Part shown: positions 1 through 10,434 of the stretch, one piece after another | How positions within the stretch are numbered: the first letter of the stretch is position 1 | How the letters are laid out: the number at the start of each line of letters is the position of its first letter | NCBI GenBank assembly: GCA_964642015.1 | Contig: CAZXLF010000005.1 | Span: forward strand, 139,847 to 203,846 | DNA: 64,000 nucleotides | DNA from: an uncultured Planctomycetia bacterium | GTDB lineage: Bacteria; Omnitrophota; Gorgyraeia; 2-02-FULL-51-18 | Reading direction: 5' to 3' | The notes under the pieces: model-generated | What the model was told of the DNA's origin: nothing | The model's input: only the letters and a program-made list of their open reading frames with translations | Databases searched by the model: none | Made by a program: the position numbers and the translations under genes

Positions 1-31
1 TCGCGGCCGCCGCTTCCTATGACTAAGACTT

Positions 32-1048
32 TCATTGAATTGAAACTCCTTCCCCTTTCACAATTTCACCCACGATCCAAGCACGCTCTTTGAATTCCGA
101 AAGATGGGATATGACTTTGCGCGCCCGGTCCGGCGATGTCACAAGGATCATGCCAATGCCCATGTTAAAAGTTCTGTACATTTCTTTCGCCTGGACACTT
201 CCTTTTTCCTGGATCCATTGAAAGATCCTTGGAATAGTCCAAGAGCCGGCATGGATCTTGGCTCCGCAGCCTTTTGGAAGCACACGCGGAATGTTGTCAA
301 AAAAACCTCCACCTGTAATATGCGCTAAGGAATAAACCGGCTCTTTTTCGATAAGCGACAATATGGGTTTTACATAAATCTTCGTCGGTTTAAGGATCTC
401 TTCCTGATGAGCATGAATGAAATCATTGCTCAACACTTTTCTCACAAAAGCGAAACCATTAGAATGCACACCGCTCGAAGCAATGCCTATAATGACATGA
501 CCTGCTTTCGCTTTGCGACCATCAATGATTTTTTCGCGGTCCACTACGCCGACGCAAAAACCCGCGAGATCAAAATCTCCACGCGCGTACAGACCCGGCA
601 TTTCTGCGGTCTCACCGCCGATCAGCGCACAGCCGGCTTGTTTACATCCAACAGCTATCCCTTTGATGATCGCCTTCATCATTTGTTTATCGAGTTTGCC
701 GACGGCAAAATAATCCAGAAAGAAAAGAGGTTCGGCACCAAGAGTCAGAATATCATTCACATTCATCGCAACAAGATCGATCCCAAGCCCTTCATAACGG
801 CCGACCAATTTCGCAAGCTTTAGTTTAGTGCCGACACCGTCCGTAGAACTTACTAAGACAGGATCCTTATATTTCTTATTCGGAAGCCGGCATAACGCTC
901 CAAAACCACCGATACCCGCGACCACTTCAGGACGCGCGGTCATTCTCGCAAATGGCTTGATACTTTCGACGAAACTATTGGCTTGATCTATATCAACGCC
1001 TGAACTTTTGTAAGTGATGCTTTTTCTTTTGCCGTTCATAAACTGCAT
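32..1048 (-). CDS. purM: phosphoribosylformylglycinamidine cyclo-ligase (AIR synthetase)
   Basis: 338 aa; PurM-family N-terminus and overall length; last gene of a pur gene string. Confidence 0.9.
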   Translation of the reverse strand: MQFMNGKRKSITYKSSGVDIDQANSFVESIKPFARMTARPEVVAGIGGFGALCRLPNKKYKDPVLVSSTDGVGTKLKLAKLVGRYEGLGIDLVAMNVNDILTLGAEPLFFLDYFAVGKLDKQMMKAIIKGIAVGCKQAGCALIGGETAEMPGLYARGDFDLAGFCVGVVDREKIIDGRKAKAGHVIIGIASSGVHSNGFAFVRKVLSNDFIHAHQEEILKPTKIYVKPILSLIEKEPVYSLAHITGGGFFDNIPRVLPKGCGAKIHAGSWTIPRIFQWIQEKGSVQAKEMYRTFNMGIGMILVTSPDRARKVISHLSEFKERAWIVGEIVKGEGVSIQ

Positions 1049-2436
1049 TTTTCCGCATGAAATTTATCAATGCCCTCGAATGCGACCGGATATTTTCCAC
1101 TCCAGCAAGCCGTACAATAATTTTGTTTGGGAAAGCTGACGCATTTCAACATCCCTTCAAGAGACAAATAACCGACCGAATCGCAATCAAAATATTTTTT
1201 TATCTCTTCCATGCTGTATTTATTGGCGATCAATTCTTCCTTTGTCGGAAAATCGATACCGTAAGCGCATGGGAACTTGTGAGGAGGGCAGCTGATCCTC
1301 AAATGCACTTCCTTCGCACCTGCTTGACGAAGACTTTTGACGCGTATTTTGGATGTCGTACCGCGCACGATCGAATCATCGACTACGACCAAACGCTTGC
1401 CTTTCAATACTTCCTTTACAAAATTGAACTTCACACGCACTTTAAAATCACGGATACCTTGGCTCGGCTGAATGAACGTACGGCCGACATAATGGTTTCG
1501 AATGATACCATATTCCAAAGGAATTCCTGAGGCTCTGGAATAACCGAGCGCTGCGGAATTACCCGAATCAGGCACCGGGACCACCAGATCCGCTTCGACC
1601 GGATGTTCTTTGGCGAGCTGTTCTCCTAGACGCTGACGCACCAAATGCACGCTTTCTCCGAAAACTTTTGAATCCGGCCTTGAAAAATACACATGCTCAA
1701 AAATGCAATGGGACAGATGTGTGTCTTTTGAGGGAATCTTAACGGATTTCAAACCTTGAGCAGAAATGATCACGACTTCGGCGGGTTCAACTTCCCGGAC
1801 AGTCTCAGCATCCATCATGTCGAACGCGCAGGTCTCAGAAGCAATAAGATACGCGCCATCTTTTTTGCCAAGCCAAAGCGGCCGGAAACCTTGAGGATCT
1901 CTGGCAGCTATCAAAAATTGGTTCGTCAAAAGCACCACCGAATAAGCTCCTTGAACACGGGCCAAAGCATCTACCACTCCGTCTTCGACGTTCCGGTTCG
2001 AAGGTTTCGCCATCAAATGGATGATGATCTCACTATCAGTGGTTGTTTGGAAAATAGAGCCATAAGCTTCGAGCTCCGCGCGCAAAATGTCCGCATTGAC
2101 CAGATTTCCATTATGGCCTATCGCGATCTCGCCGCGGGAATAATCAACAAGGATAGGCTGCGCGTTCTTGATATTGCTTGAGCCGGTCGTCGAATAACGC
2201 ACATGCCCGATCGCACGGTCGCCTTTCAAATTCTCAAGTTGGTTCCCGTTAAAAATATCCTGCACATGCCCCATGCCGCGATAAGCGAACATTTTTTTAC
2301 CGTCGGAAGTGACAATACCCGCGGATTCTTCTCCGCGGTGCTGAAGCGCATAAACACCAAGATATGTCAGATAAGCGGCTTCTTTATGACCAAAGACCCC
2401 GAATACCCCACATTTATCTTTCAATTCACTGGACAT
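1036..2436 (-). CDS. purF: amidophosphoribosyltransferase
   Basis: 466 aa; N-terminal Cys after Met (MSSELKDKCGVFGV), Ntn glutamine amidotransferase plus PRTase domain (VVVDDSIVRGTT). Confidence 0.92.
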   Translation of the reverse strand: MSSELKDKCGVFGVFGHKEAAYLTYLGVYALQHRGEESAGIVTSDGKKMFAYRGMGHVQDIFNGNQLENLKGDRAIGHVRYSTTGSSNIKNAQPILVDYSRGEIAIGHNGNLVNADILRAELEAYGSIFQTTTDSEIIIHLMAKPSNRNVEDGVVDALARVQGAYSVVLLTNQFLIAARDPQGFRPLWLGKKDGAYLIASETCAFDMMDAETVREVEPAEVVIISAQGLKSVKIPSKDTHLSHCIFEHVYFSRPDSKVFGESVHLVRQRLGEQLAKEHPVEADLVVPVPDSGNSAALGYSRASGIPLEYGIIRNHYVGRTFIQPSQGIRDFKVRVKFNFVKEVLKGKRLVVVDDSIVRGTTSKIRVKSLRQAGAKEVHLRISCPPHKFPCAYGIDFPTKEELIANKYSMEEIKKYFDCDSVGYLSLEGMLKCVSFPKQNYCTACWSGKYPVAFEGIDKFHAEKCSL

Positions 2437-2710
2437 GAACAGCCCTCAATTTTTCCGCCCAAAATCGCGCGTGCTTCGCGATGCCTTTCCTGCCGGCCGG
2501 ATCGCTCAGGATCACGGAGAGTTTGGATTGCCAGACCCCAAGTTCTTGTTCCAACTGGCTAAGCGTTACCTGCTCTGTTTTGTTGGTACTTTTTTTGGAA
2601 TTTTGTACCAGAACTTTAGTCGATGTTATCGCTTCATGAACTTTGGACACATCTGAAGCGTGATCCACTAAACTAGCGATGCTTTCCAAGTTAATTATAA
2701 TATCTTTCAC
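2426..2710 (-). CDS. hypothetical small helical protein inserted between purL and purF
   Basis: 94 aa ORF filling the purL-purF gap exactly (10 nt after purL stop, 11 nt overlap with purF start); no recognisable motif. Confidence 0.45.
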   Translation of the reverse strand: MKDIIINLESIASLVDHASDVSKVHEAITSTKVLVQNSKKSTNKTEQVTLSQLEQELGVWQSKLSVILSDPAGRKGIAKHARFWAEKLRAVHVQ

Positions 2711-2719
2711 CCAAAACTC

Positions 2720-4939
2720 CTAAATATCCATTCTTCTTTTGATCGCGTTTCTCCACGTAGCGGTCAGCACCGCGACCGGCACCTGGATCAGCGAATTGAT
2801 CTTCAGTGAACTTCCTCCGACCTTGCCGATCTTTTTGTGAGGCACACGATAAGATTCAATCATGTCATGGACTTCTTTCAAACGCTTCGGATCTACCGAG
2901 ATCACGACCCGCGATTGCGTTTCACCGAATAAATACGCTTCGCGCGATAAATTTCCAACAGCATCTTCGATGACCGCTCCAATCTCACGGCCTTTTTCGA
3001 GAATACAGGATTCGGCAAGCGTCACTGCAAGGCCGCCTTCGGAACAATCATGCGCGGACCTTAAAAGCCCGTTCTTCGAAAGCGAGATCAAAAGATCAAC
3101 AAGTCTCCGAGCTTCCTGGAGATCAAGGCGCGGAACAATCCCGGATTTTACATTGAAAATTGTTTTCAGATATTCTGAACCACCCAACTCTTCTTTCGAC
3201 TCGCCCAAAAGAATGATCATGTCGCCTTCCTTCTTAAAAAAAGAAGTGACCGGCTCATAACCTTCGATCAAACCAACCATCCCAATCGTCGGTGTTGGAT
3301 CAATAGCACCTTTCGGGTTCTGATTATAAAGAGAAACATTCCCTCCAGAAACAGGCGTCTCGAATGCTACACATGCATCACGCATGCCTTCAATGCATTT
3401 TTTCAGTTGCCAGAAAATTTCTGGATTCATCGGATTGCCGAAATTGAGACAATTCGTAATAGATAACGGTTCAGCGCCCGAGCAGGCAATATTTCTTGCT
3501 GCTTCGGCAACAGCGATCTTTGCACCTTCATAAGGATCGAGATAACAATAAGTCGAATTACAATCCACCGAGATCGCGATTGATTTTTTAGTATCTTTGA
3601 TACGTATCACCGATGCGTCTGAACCAGGCAGAACGGTTGTATTCGTCCTCACCATATGATCATATTGATGATAGATCCACTCTTTGCTTGCAACCGTCGG
3701 TGAATCGAGGATTTTAAGAAGTGCCGCATTAAGATCTCCGGGGCTTCCAACGGATTTTGGATCAAAAGCACGCACGGCCTTGAGATAAGCCGGCTCTTTT
3801 TCCTCACGCACATAGATCGGCGCTTCGTCGGCAAGAGATTTGGCCGGGATTTCAGCGACGGTCACGCCATTTTCTCTGACTCGCATCAATGAATCGTCCG
3901 TCACAAAACCAATCTCTTCGGCGTGAAGGTCCCATTTGTCAAAAATTTTCTTAGCGGTTGATTCGTGGCCTTTTTTAATGATCACAAGCATCCGTTCCTG
4001 TGACTCCGATAACAAAATCTCATAAGGCACCATACCCGTTTCGCGCTGGGGGACTTTTGTTACATCGATCTCGATACCGGTATTTCCCCGTGCAGCGGTT
4101 TCACAAGTAGAACAAGTCAATCCTGCCGCTCCCATGTCCTGAATGCCAACAACGCAGCCGCTTTTCAGAAGCTCAAGCACCGCTTCCAGCAAAAGTTTTT
4201 CCATGAACGGATCGCCGACTTGTACAGCTGGCCTGTCTTTTTCCGATTCTTCAGTAAGATCCTTGGAAGCAAAACTCGCGCCGCCCATTCCGTCACGGCC
4301 CGTTGCCGAACCCAGATAAAAAACGGGATTCCCTACCCCCTCGGCTTTGGCTTTGACAATCTCTTCGCGTTTGGCTAAACCCAACGCGAACGCGTTGACC
4401 AACGGGTTTCCTTCATAAGACTCATCGAAATAGACTTCGCCGCCGATGGTCGGCACACCGATACAATTTCCGTAAAATCCAATACCCGCGACAACGCCAG
4501 ATAAAAGTCTTTTGGAAACCGGCTCGTCGAGTTTGCCGAAACGCAGTGAATTCATCGAAACGATGGGTCGCGCGCCCATCGTGAAAATATCCCTTAAGAT
4601 CCCGCCCACACCGGTCGCTGCGCCTTGGAAGGGTTCGATCGCAGAGGGGTGGTTATGAGATTCTATTTTAAAAGCGATTACAAGTCCGTCGCCGATATCC
4701 ACGACACCGGCATTTTCCTCACCGGCTTTGACAAGCATGCGTTTGCCGTCTTTCGGAAGAAGTTTCAGTACATTTTTTGAGTTTTTATAGGAACAATGCT
4801 CGCTCCACATCACGCTGAATACTCCAAGTTCCGTAATGTTAGGCGCGCGGCCCAATATCTTCTTGATCCGCTCGTATTCATCAAGCGTCAGATTATGTTT
4901 CTGAATAATATCAGGCGTGATTTCCTGCATTGTGATCAT
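2720..4939 (-). CDS. purL: phosphoribosylformylglycinamidine synthase II (large subunit)
   Basis: 739 aa; PurL AIRS-like duplicated domains; adjacent purQ and purS. Confidence 0.93.
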   Translation of the reverse strand: MITMQEITPDIIQKHNLTLDEYERIKKILGRAPNITELGVFSVMWSEHCSYKNSKNVLKLLPKDGKRMLVKAGEENAGVVDIGDGLVIAFKIESHNHPSAIEPFQGAATGVGGILRDIFTMGARPIVSMNSLRFGKLDEPVSKRLLSGVVAGIGFYGNCIGVPTIGGEVYFDESYEGNPLVNAFALGLAKREEIVKAKAEGVGNPVFYLGSATGRDGMGGASFASKDLTEESEKDRPAVQVGDPFMEKLLLEAVLELLKSGCVVGIQDMGAAGLTCSTCETAARGNTGIEIDVTKVPQRETGMVPYEILLSESQERMLVIIKKGHESTAKKIFDKWDLHAEEIGFVTDDSLMRVRENGVTVAEIPAKSLADEAPIYVREEKEPAYLKAVRAFDPKSVGSPGDLNAALLKILDSPTVASKEWIYHQYDHMVRTNTTVLPGSDASVIRIKDTKKSIAISVDCNSTYCYLDPYEGAKIAVAEAARNIACSGAEPLSITNCLNFGNPMNPEIFWQLKKCIEGMRDACVAFETPVSGGNVSLYNQNPKGAIDPTPTIGMVGLIEGYEPVTSFFKKEGDMIILLGESKEELGGSEYLKTIFNVKSGIVPRLDLQEARRLVDLLISLSKNGLLRSAHDCSEGGLAVTLAESCILEKGREIGAVIEDAVGNLSREAYLFGETQSRVVISVDPKRLKEVHDMIESYRVPHKKIGKVGGSSLKINSLIQVPVAVLTATWRNAIKRRMDI

Positions 4940-5626
4940 TTAATTCATGTCCAATATCGATTTAAAAATTTTGATGCCATCCGTACTGCCTAATTCTTTC
5001 TCCGATGCCCTTTCCGGATGAGGCATCAGCCCAAAAACATTTTTATTCTTGTTACAAATGCCAGCGATATTCTCGAGTGATCCATTTGGATTGGCATCTT
5101 TCGAAATATTTCCTTCAGCGTCTGAATAACGGACTAAAACTTGATTATTTTTATTGAGCTCGGACAGTGTCGCGTTATCCGTAAAATAATTTCCTTCGCC
5201 GTGAGCGATCGGAACTTTGATCACTTCACCTTTTTTTAATTTGCGTGTGAAAGGCGTTTCTGAATTTTCAACGCGAAGTTCAACAAAACGGCATACAAAT
5301 TGCAGGGATTCGTTACGGAGCATCGCGCCCGGAAGAAGGCCGGATTCAAGAAGAATCTGAAAACCGTTGCAGATGCCGATCACAAGCTTGCCTTTTTCGG
5401 CATGCTTGACTACATTTTCCATGACCGGAGAAAAACGCGCGATGGCACCCGTCCTCAGATAATCGCCATAGCTGAAACCGCCAGGGAGGACAATACAGTC
5501 GAATTTTGAAATATCCCGTTCCTTGTGCCAGATAAATTCAGTCTCTTTCTGAAGCACGTGTTTTAAAACGTGATAGCAGTCATAATCGCAATTTGAACCT
5601 GGAAAGACCACAACGCCGAATTTCAT
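4940..5626 (-). CDS. purQ: phosphoribosylformylglycinamidine synthase I (glutaminase subunit)
   Basis: Class I GATase; likely start at [14 protein letters not shown] (the ORF track extends 8 codons further upstream). Confidence 0.9.
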   Translation of the reverse strand: MKFGVVVFPGSNCDYDCYHVLKHVLQKETEFIWHKERDISKFDCIVLPGGFSYGDYLRTGAIARFSPVMENVVKHAEKGKLVIGICNGFQILLESGLLPGAMLRNESLQFVCRFVELRVENSETPFTRKLKKGEVIKVPIAHGEGNYFTDNATLSELNKNNQVLVRYSDAEGNISKDANPNGSLENIAGICNKNKNVFGLMPHPERASEKELGSTDGIKIFKSILDMN

Positions 5627-5656
5627 TTTTTCACCCGCGCTTCCGCGCAAAAATCT

Positions 5657-5896
5657 TTAATTCAGCTCGTACTTATATTCTTCAATGACGGTATTTGCCA
5701 AAAGTTTTTCGCAAATCGTCTTGATCTTCTTCTCAGCCTGAAGTTTGTCGACCGCGCCCAAATCGAGCTCTATGTATTTTCCCATGCGGACGTCTTTGAC
5801 TTCATCAAATCCCATCGTCGTCAGCGCATGTTGGATCGCTTTTCCTTGAGGATCAAGTACTGATCTTTTCAATGTGACATAAACTTTTGCTTTCAT
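5657..5896 (-). CDS. purS: phosphoribosylformylglycinamidine synthase PurS subunit
   Basis: 79 aa; typical PurS size and position between purB and purQ. Confidence 0.85.
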   Translation of the reverse strand: MKAKVYVTLKRSVLDPQGKAIQHALTTMGFDEVKDVRMGKYIELDLGAVDKLQAEKKIKTICEKLLANTVIEEYKYELN

Positions 5897-7197
5897 TTTT
5901 TTCTCCCCAACACTCTCTTGAATATCGTATTCACATGTTTCAGATGATAATCCAGCGTGAAAAGTTCCTCGACCTCCGCATCTGAAAAATAATCGTTAAC
6001 GTCCTTATCTTCCATGATCAGATCTTTCAAATTGAGGTTTTTGTCATTCCAGACGCGCATCGCGTTGCGCTGGACAATCTTGTAGGCGGTTTCGCGCGGT
6101 AGTCCTTTATCGATCAGCGCCAAAAGCACGCGCTGCGAAAAAATAAGCCCGCGCGTCTTCCAGATATTTTCCATCATGTTCTTCGGATAAACTTGAAGAC
6201 CTTTCAATACGCTGATCATCTCACGGATCATGAAATGGCAAAGAATGAATGAATCCGGCAGTATCACGCGTTCCACTGACGAATGCGTAATGTCGCGCTC
6301 GTGCCACAAAGCAATGTTTTCCAGAGCAGCGAGCGCATTGCCACGGAGGACACGCGCAAGCCCGGCGATCCTCTCACAATTCACCGGATTTCTTTTGTGC
6401 GGCATCGCACTCGAACCGGTCTGTCCTTCGGAAAATGGCTCTTCGAGCTCCAGCGTTTCGGTTTTCTGAAGATGGCGTATCTCAGTCGCGAGTTTTTCTA
6501 GGGAACCGCCCAAGATCGAAAGTGCCATCAAAACTTCAGCGTGACGATCGCGCTGAAGGATCTGCGTCGAGACCGGCGCAACATTCAATTTTAAAATTTT
6601 AAGCGTTTTTTCTTCGACACGAGGATCGATATTCGCATATGTGCCAACAGCGCCTGAAATTTTTCCTACGGAAATCCCTTTTCTCGCCGCTTCTAAGCGA
6701 ACCAAATTGCGCTTAAATTCCTCATAAAAAAGCAGCATCTTTAGGCCGAGTGTCACCGGCTCTGCGTGCACACCATGAGAGCGGCCCATCATCGGCGTAT
6801 CCTGATATTCCAGCGCATGCGCTTCCAGGATCATGCTAAGTTCTTTGACATTGGCGATCAAAAGGTCGATCGCTTCAAGGATTTGAAGACTTAAAGCCGT
6901 GTCCAGTACGTCACTTGAGGTCAAACCTTTATGGATAAATCGTGCGTCCGATCCCACCGTTTGACCAACGCTTTTCAAAAACGCCGTGACATCGTGCTTT
7001 GTAACTCTTTCAAATTGATCGATTTGTGGAACACTGAACGAGGCTTTTTTACGGATATTCTTGGCGGATTTTTTCGGAATCAGATTAAGAGCCGCCATAG
7101 CCTCGCAGGCGGCAATTTCAACTTCAAGCATCACTCTGAACCGATTTTCCTCAGTCCAGATCTTCCCCATTTCTGGGAGTGTATAACGGCTGATCAT
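5893..7197 (-). CDS. purB: adenylosuccinate lyase
   Basis: 434 aa fumarate-lyase fold (GSSAMPHKRNP signature); overlaps purS by 4 nt. Confidence 0.92.
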   Translation of the reverse strand: MISRYTLPEMGKIWTEENRFRVMLEVEIAACEAMAALNLIPKKSAKNIRKKASFSVPQIDQFERVTKHDVTAFLKSVGQTVGSDARFIHKGLTSSDVLDTALSLQILEAIDLLIANVKELSMILEAHALEYQDTPMMGRSHGVHAEPVTLGLKMLLFYEEFKRNLVRLEAARKGISVGKISGAVGTYANIDPRVEEKTLKILKLNVAPVSTQILQRDRHAEVLMALSILGGSLEKLATEIRHLQKTETLELEEPFSEGQTGSSAMPHKRNPVNCERIAGLARVLRGNALAALENIALWHERDITHSSVERVILPDSFILCHFMIREMISVLKGLQVYPKNMMENIWKTRGLIFSQRVLLALIDKGLPRETAYKIVQRNAMRVWNDKNLNLKDLIMEDKDVNDYFSDAEVEELFTLDYHLKHVNTIFKRVLGRKK

Positions 7198-7252
7198 TCT
7201 ATTCCTTTAAAAAGAGGGGTTATTATAGCAAAATTCTTAAATAAAGGTAATA

Positions 7253-8170
7253 TTATATATTAGAGTGGACGGCGGCTTCGAGAGTGGCGAGAGTCGTTTT
7301 CCAGCGCTTATGGTTCCACACCCATAAGTGCGGATATTGGCGTATATATTTTTCCTGAACGGATACCCACTTTTGGGTATTTGCTTTAAGATCTTCTTCC
7401 TTATTTTCGGTCGAAACCATCTCGATCGCCGGCTCTACGATCATATGATGACGCATGCCTTCGCGGATTATAAAGACCGGAACAATGACAGCACCTGTTA
7501 CCATCGCAAAACGCACCGGTGCGATGGGTGTAAATGCCGGATGGTTGAAAAAATTCACAAAGATCCCGTCCACCGATTTCACATCCTGATCGACGACAAA
7601 TCCGAGCATCCGGTTTGCTCTAAGAGTTCCGAGCATTTTACGAACTGATTCATCGCGATAGATCGTCTCAACTTTCATTTTATTCCTGATCTCGACGAGC
7701 AAACGGTCATATTTTTCAAAATAGATCTTTCGGGCAATCACCGTGCATGGATAACCTTTAAGCGCTGTATATCCTCCCATGATCTCCCAATTGCCAAAAT
7801 GTGCGATCGTCACCACGATCCCTTTGCCGGCCTTCAGTCCTTTGTCAAAATTTTCATAGCCTGTTGCATAAACAAAATCATCAAACCGCGGAATGATCTT
7901 GTCGATCATCGCCAATTCAAAAAGTGTGCGGCCGTAATGTTCAAAAACTGCTTCGCCTATCTTTAAAATCTCCTGTTCCGATTTCTCGCTGCCGAAAGCA
8001 AAACGAAGGTGTGAAAGCGTTTTTTCTTTTTCTTTTTTAAGACTGTAAAATGCCATTTTTCCTAAATTTCCGGCAATCGAAAAACCGAGCTTGTAAGGCA
8101 AAAGATAAAAAATTCCCTTCACAGCCATCAGCAGCACATAAAGCACGTGGCGATAAGGTTTATTTTTCAT
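7253..8170 (-). CDS. lipid A biosynthesis late acyltransferase (LpxL/HtrB family)
   Basis: Lauroyl/myristoyl acyltransferase family architecture with N-terminal TM and HFGNWE motif region; start probably at MKNKPY abutting the aguA stop. Confidence 0.7.
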   Translation of the reverse strand: MKNKPYRHVLYVLLMAVKGIFYLLPYKLGFSIAGNLGKMAFYSLKKEKEKTLSHLRFAFGSEKSEQEILKIGEAVFEHYGRTLFELAMIDKIIPRFDDFVYATGYENFDKGLKAGKGIVVTIAHFGNWEIMGGYTALKGYPCTVIARKIYFEKYDRLLVEIRNKMKVETIYRDESVRKMLGTLRANRMLGFVVDQDVKSVDGIFVNFFNHPAFTPIAPVRFAMVTGAVIVPVFIIREGMRHHMIVEPAIEMVSTENKEEDLKANTQKWVSVQEKYIRQYPHLWVWNHKRWKTTLATLEAAVHSNI

Positions 8171-9204
8171 TGAGCGGGCTCTTGCTGTGTCACGCAGTGA
8201 ATCGATCCGAGACCGTAGACGAGCGTAGTGCATTCGATGCTGATCACTTTTCTTTTCGGAAAAACACTTTTGATGATCTTAAGAGCCAGTTTGTCATTTG
8301 AATGGTTGTAAATAGGCACCAGAACAACTTTGTTCGCAATATAAAAATTTGCATAGCTTGCCGGCAAACGATTGGCATCGGTGTCATTCCTGCCAATGCC
8401 AACTTTTCCCGGCATTGGCAATTCGATCAGGTGAAATTTTTTCCCATCTTGATCTGATTCAGACCTTAAAATTTGAAGATTTTCATCTAAAATCGCATGA
8501 TTTTTATCCGCAGGATCTTTTTCTGTCGCTGTGAGAATGGTCCTTGGACCGACAAAACGCGTGATGTCGTCGACGTGTCCATCGGTGTCATCTCCCTCGA
8601 TGCCCTCTTTAAGCCAAATGACTTTGAGAACTCCGAGATAATCTTTGAGATATTTTTCTATTTCTTTTTTCGATAATCGAGAATTGCGATTTGGATTCAA
8701 CAGGCACTGCTCGGTGGTCAGACAAGTACCGCGCCCGTTCATGTCGATAGAACCGCCTTCCAAAATAATGCCAGGATCGAAACGCTCGACATTTTTAAGC
8801 GCCGTGAGTTTATCGACGACACGATTGTCGCGCGCAAGATCCGAGTATTTTCCGCCCCAGGCGTTGAAAATCCATTTCGTGAACGCGATCTTTTTTTGCT
8901 TTCTAACAAAGATCGGCCCGTAATCCCGGATCCACGTATCAACGGTTTTGACTTCATGAAAAATAAGGTTCCGCGTTGAAATTTTTTTATGACTGAGTCG
9001 ACCTAAAACAGTCTGTGCCGTCTTCCGGTCATCGACCAGAAGATTTATTTGTTCATTCGGTAGAAGCGCTGAGATCATCTGAAGATAAATGGATTCGACT
9101 TCTTTGAGAAGTTTTCCGGGCCAGGTGATCTTGTTTTTAGGCCAGGTGAGCCACGTCGAGCGGTGCGATTCCCACTCGGCAGGCATCCGATAACCAGAAG
9201 GCAT
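8167..9204 (-). CDS. aguA: agmatine deiminase
   Basis: Porphyromonas-type peptidylarginine/agmatine deiminase fold; MPAEWESH N-terminus and C-terminal catalytic Cys (GSIHCVTQ); paired with aguB. Confidence 0.85.
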   Translation of the reverse strand: MPSGYRMPAEWESHRSTWLTWPKNKITWPGKLLKEVESIYLQMISALLPNEQINLLVDDRKTAQTVLGRLSHKKISTRNLIFHEVKTVDTWIRDYGPIFVRKQKKIAFTKWIFNAWGGKYSDLARDNRVVDKLTALKNVERFDPGIILEGGSIDMNGRGTCLTTEQCLLNPNRNSRLSKKEIEKYLKDYLGVLKVIWLKEGIEGDDTDGHVDDITRFVGPRTILTATEKDPADKNHAILDENLQILRSESDQDGKKFHLIELPMPGKVGIGRNDTDANRLPASYANFYIANKVVLVPIYNHSNDKLALKIIKSVFPKRKVISIECTTLVYGLGSIHCVTQQEPAQ

Positions 9205-9205
9205 G

Positions 9206-10075
9206 TTAAATAAATCTTGAAGTGATCGTCTGATAAGCGTCGATGCGCCTGTCGCGCAGAAACGGCCACTCACAGCGCGTTTTGTCGACCAAACTCAAGT
9301 CGCAATCTTCGATGAGGATTTCCTCGTGAGCGGCGCTTGCGCGGTAACGGATCTCACCGAACGGATCGGCAACGAATGAACTGCCCCAAAATTTGAAATC
9401 GCCTTCTTTACCGACGCGATTCACCGAAGCAACATAAACGCCGTTGGCGATCGCATGTCCGCGTTGTATCGTCTCCCAAGCCGAATGATAGGATTTAGTT
9501 TCAGCCGGCTTATTCGGTTTCCAGCCGATCGCGGTCGGATAAAACAGAATGTCAGCGCCTTGAAGCGCTGTGAGCCTTGCCGCTTCAGGAAACCATTGAT
9601 CCCAGCAGATCAAAACACCGATTTTTGCGTAACGCGTTTTGAAACATTTGAATCCCAGATCTCCCGGTGCGAAATAAAATTTCTCGTTAAAACCAGGATC
9701 ATCGGGAATATGCATTTTACGGTAAGTGCCAAGCCATTTGCCGTCAGCGTCGATCACTCCGGCCGAATTATAATAGAGTCCTTTCGCAGCTCTCTCAAAA
9801 AAAGGCGCTATGATCACAATCTTTTTTGCGCGCGCAACTTCGCTCAAAACCTTTGTCACCTCACCGGGGATCGTCTGGGCCAGATCAAAATTTTTAGTGC
9901 TCTGCGTCTGGCAAAAATAAAGCGTATTGAAAAGCTCCTGAAGCGCCACAATTTTGGCGCCTTTGGAAGCAGCTACTTTGATCTGCGAAACCGCCGACCT
10001 TAGATTCTTCTGCGGATCCGCTTTACAAGGCATTTGGATCAGAGCAATGCGGGTAAAATTAGTCTTATTTTTCAT
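9206..10075 (-). CDS. aguB: N-carbamoylputrescine amidase (nitrilase superfamily)
   Basis: 289 aa CN-hydrolase fold (E-K-C triad context; ALQELF, ICWDQWFPE); immediately upstream of aguA. Confidence 0.85.
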   Translation of the reverse strand: MKNKTNFTRIALIQMPCKADPQKNLRSAVSQIKVAASKGAKIVALQELFNTLYFCQTQSTKNFDLAQTIPGEVTKVLSEVARAKKIVIIAPFFERAAKGLYYNSAGVIDADGKWLGTYRKMHIPDDPGFNEKFYFAPGDLGFKCFKTRYAKIGVLICWDQWFPEAARLTALQGADILFYPTAIGWKPNKPAETKSYHSAWETIQRGHAIANGVYVASVNRVGKEGDFKFWGSSFVADPFGEIRYRASAAHEEILIEDCDLSLVDKTRCEWPFLRDRRIDAYQTITSRFI

Positions 10076-10092
10076 CGATCACTTTCTTATTT

Positions 10093-10422
10093 TTATTTTG
10101 AAAAATTTTTAAAGCTAAGAACCGTCGCCTTCGCTTTTTCTTCTTCAGCCAGGTCCTTCATACCTTTCTTCATATAAAAAATAGACAGGTTCGTATGAGC
10201 CATTGCGTAATCGGGTTTGAGCTCTGATAGTTTTGTCATCCACCGAATCGCATCATCGATCCGCTCGAGCTTATAATAGACCCTTCCCAAAGCTTCATAC
10301 GCATCTGCATATGACGGGTGAGCCTGTACCAGCTTCAACAACTCTGCTTCGGCTTCGGTAAACTTACCCGCGCCAAAAAGATCCAAAGCTTTTTCATAAA
10401 GCTCTTTTGCTGTATCTTCCAT
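10093..10422 (-). CDS. TPR-repeat protein
   Basis: 109 aa with tetratricopeptide-like repeats (AxxxY/AxxxG periodicity). Confidence 0.6.
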   Translation of the reverse strand: MEDTAKELYEKALDLFGAGKFTEAEAELLKLVQAHPSYADAYEALGRVYYKLERIDDAIRWMTKLSELKPDYAMAHTNLSIFYMKKGMKDLAEEEKAKATVLSFKNFSK

Positions 10423-10434
10423 TTTTGGATTATA

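Noticed and set aside
7198-7252. Purine riboswitch ahead of the pur gene string
   Set aside because: The intergenic spacer before purB is only 55 nt and is AT-rich promoter-like sequence; there is no room for a three-way junction.
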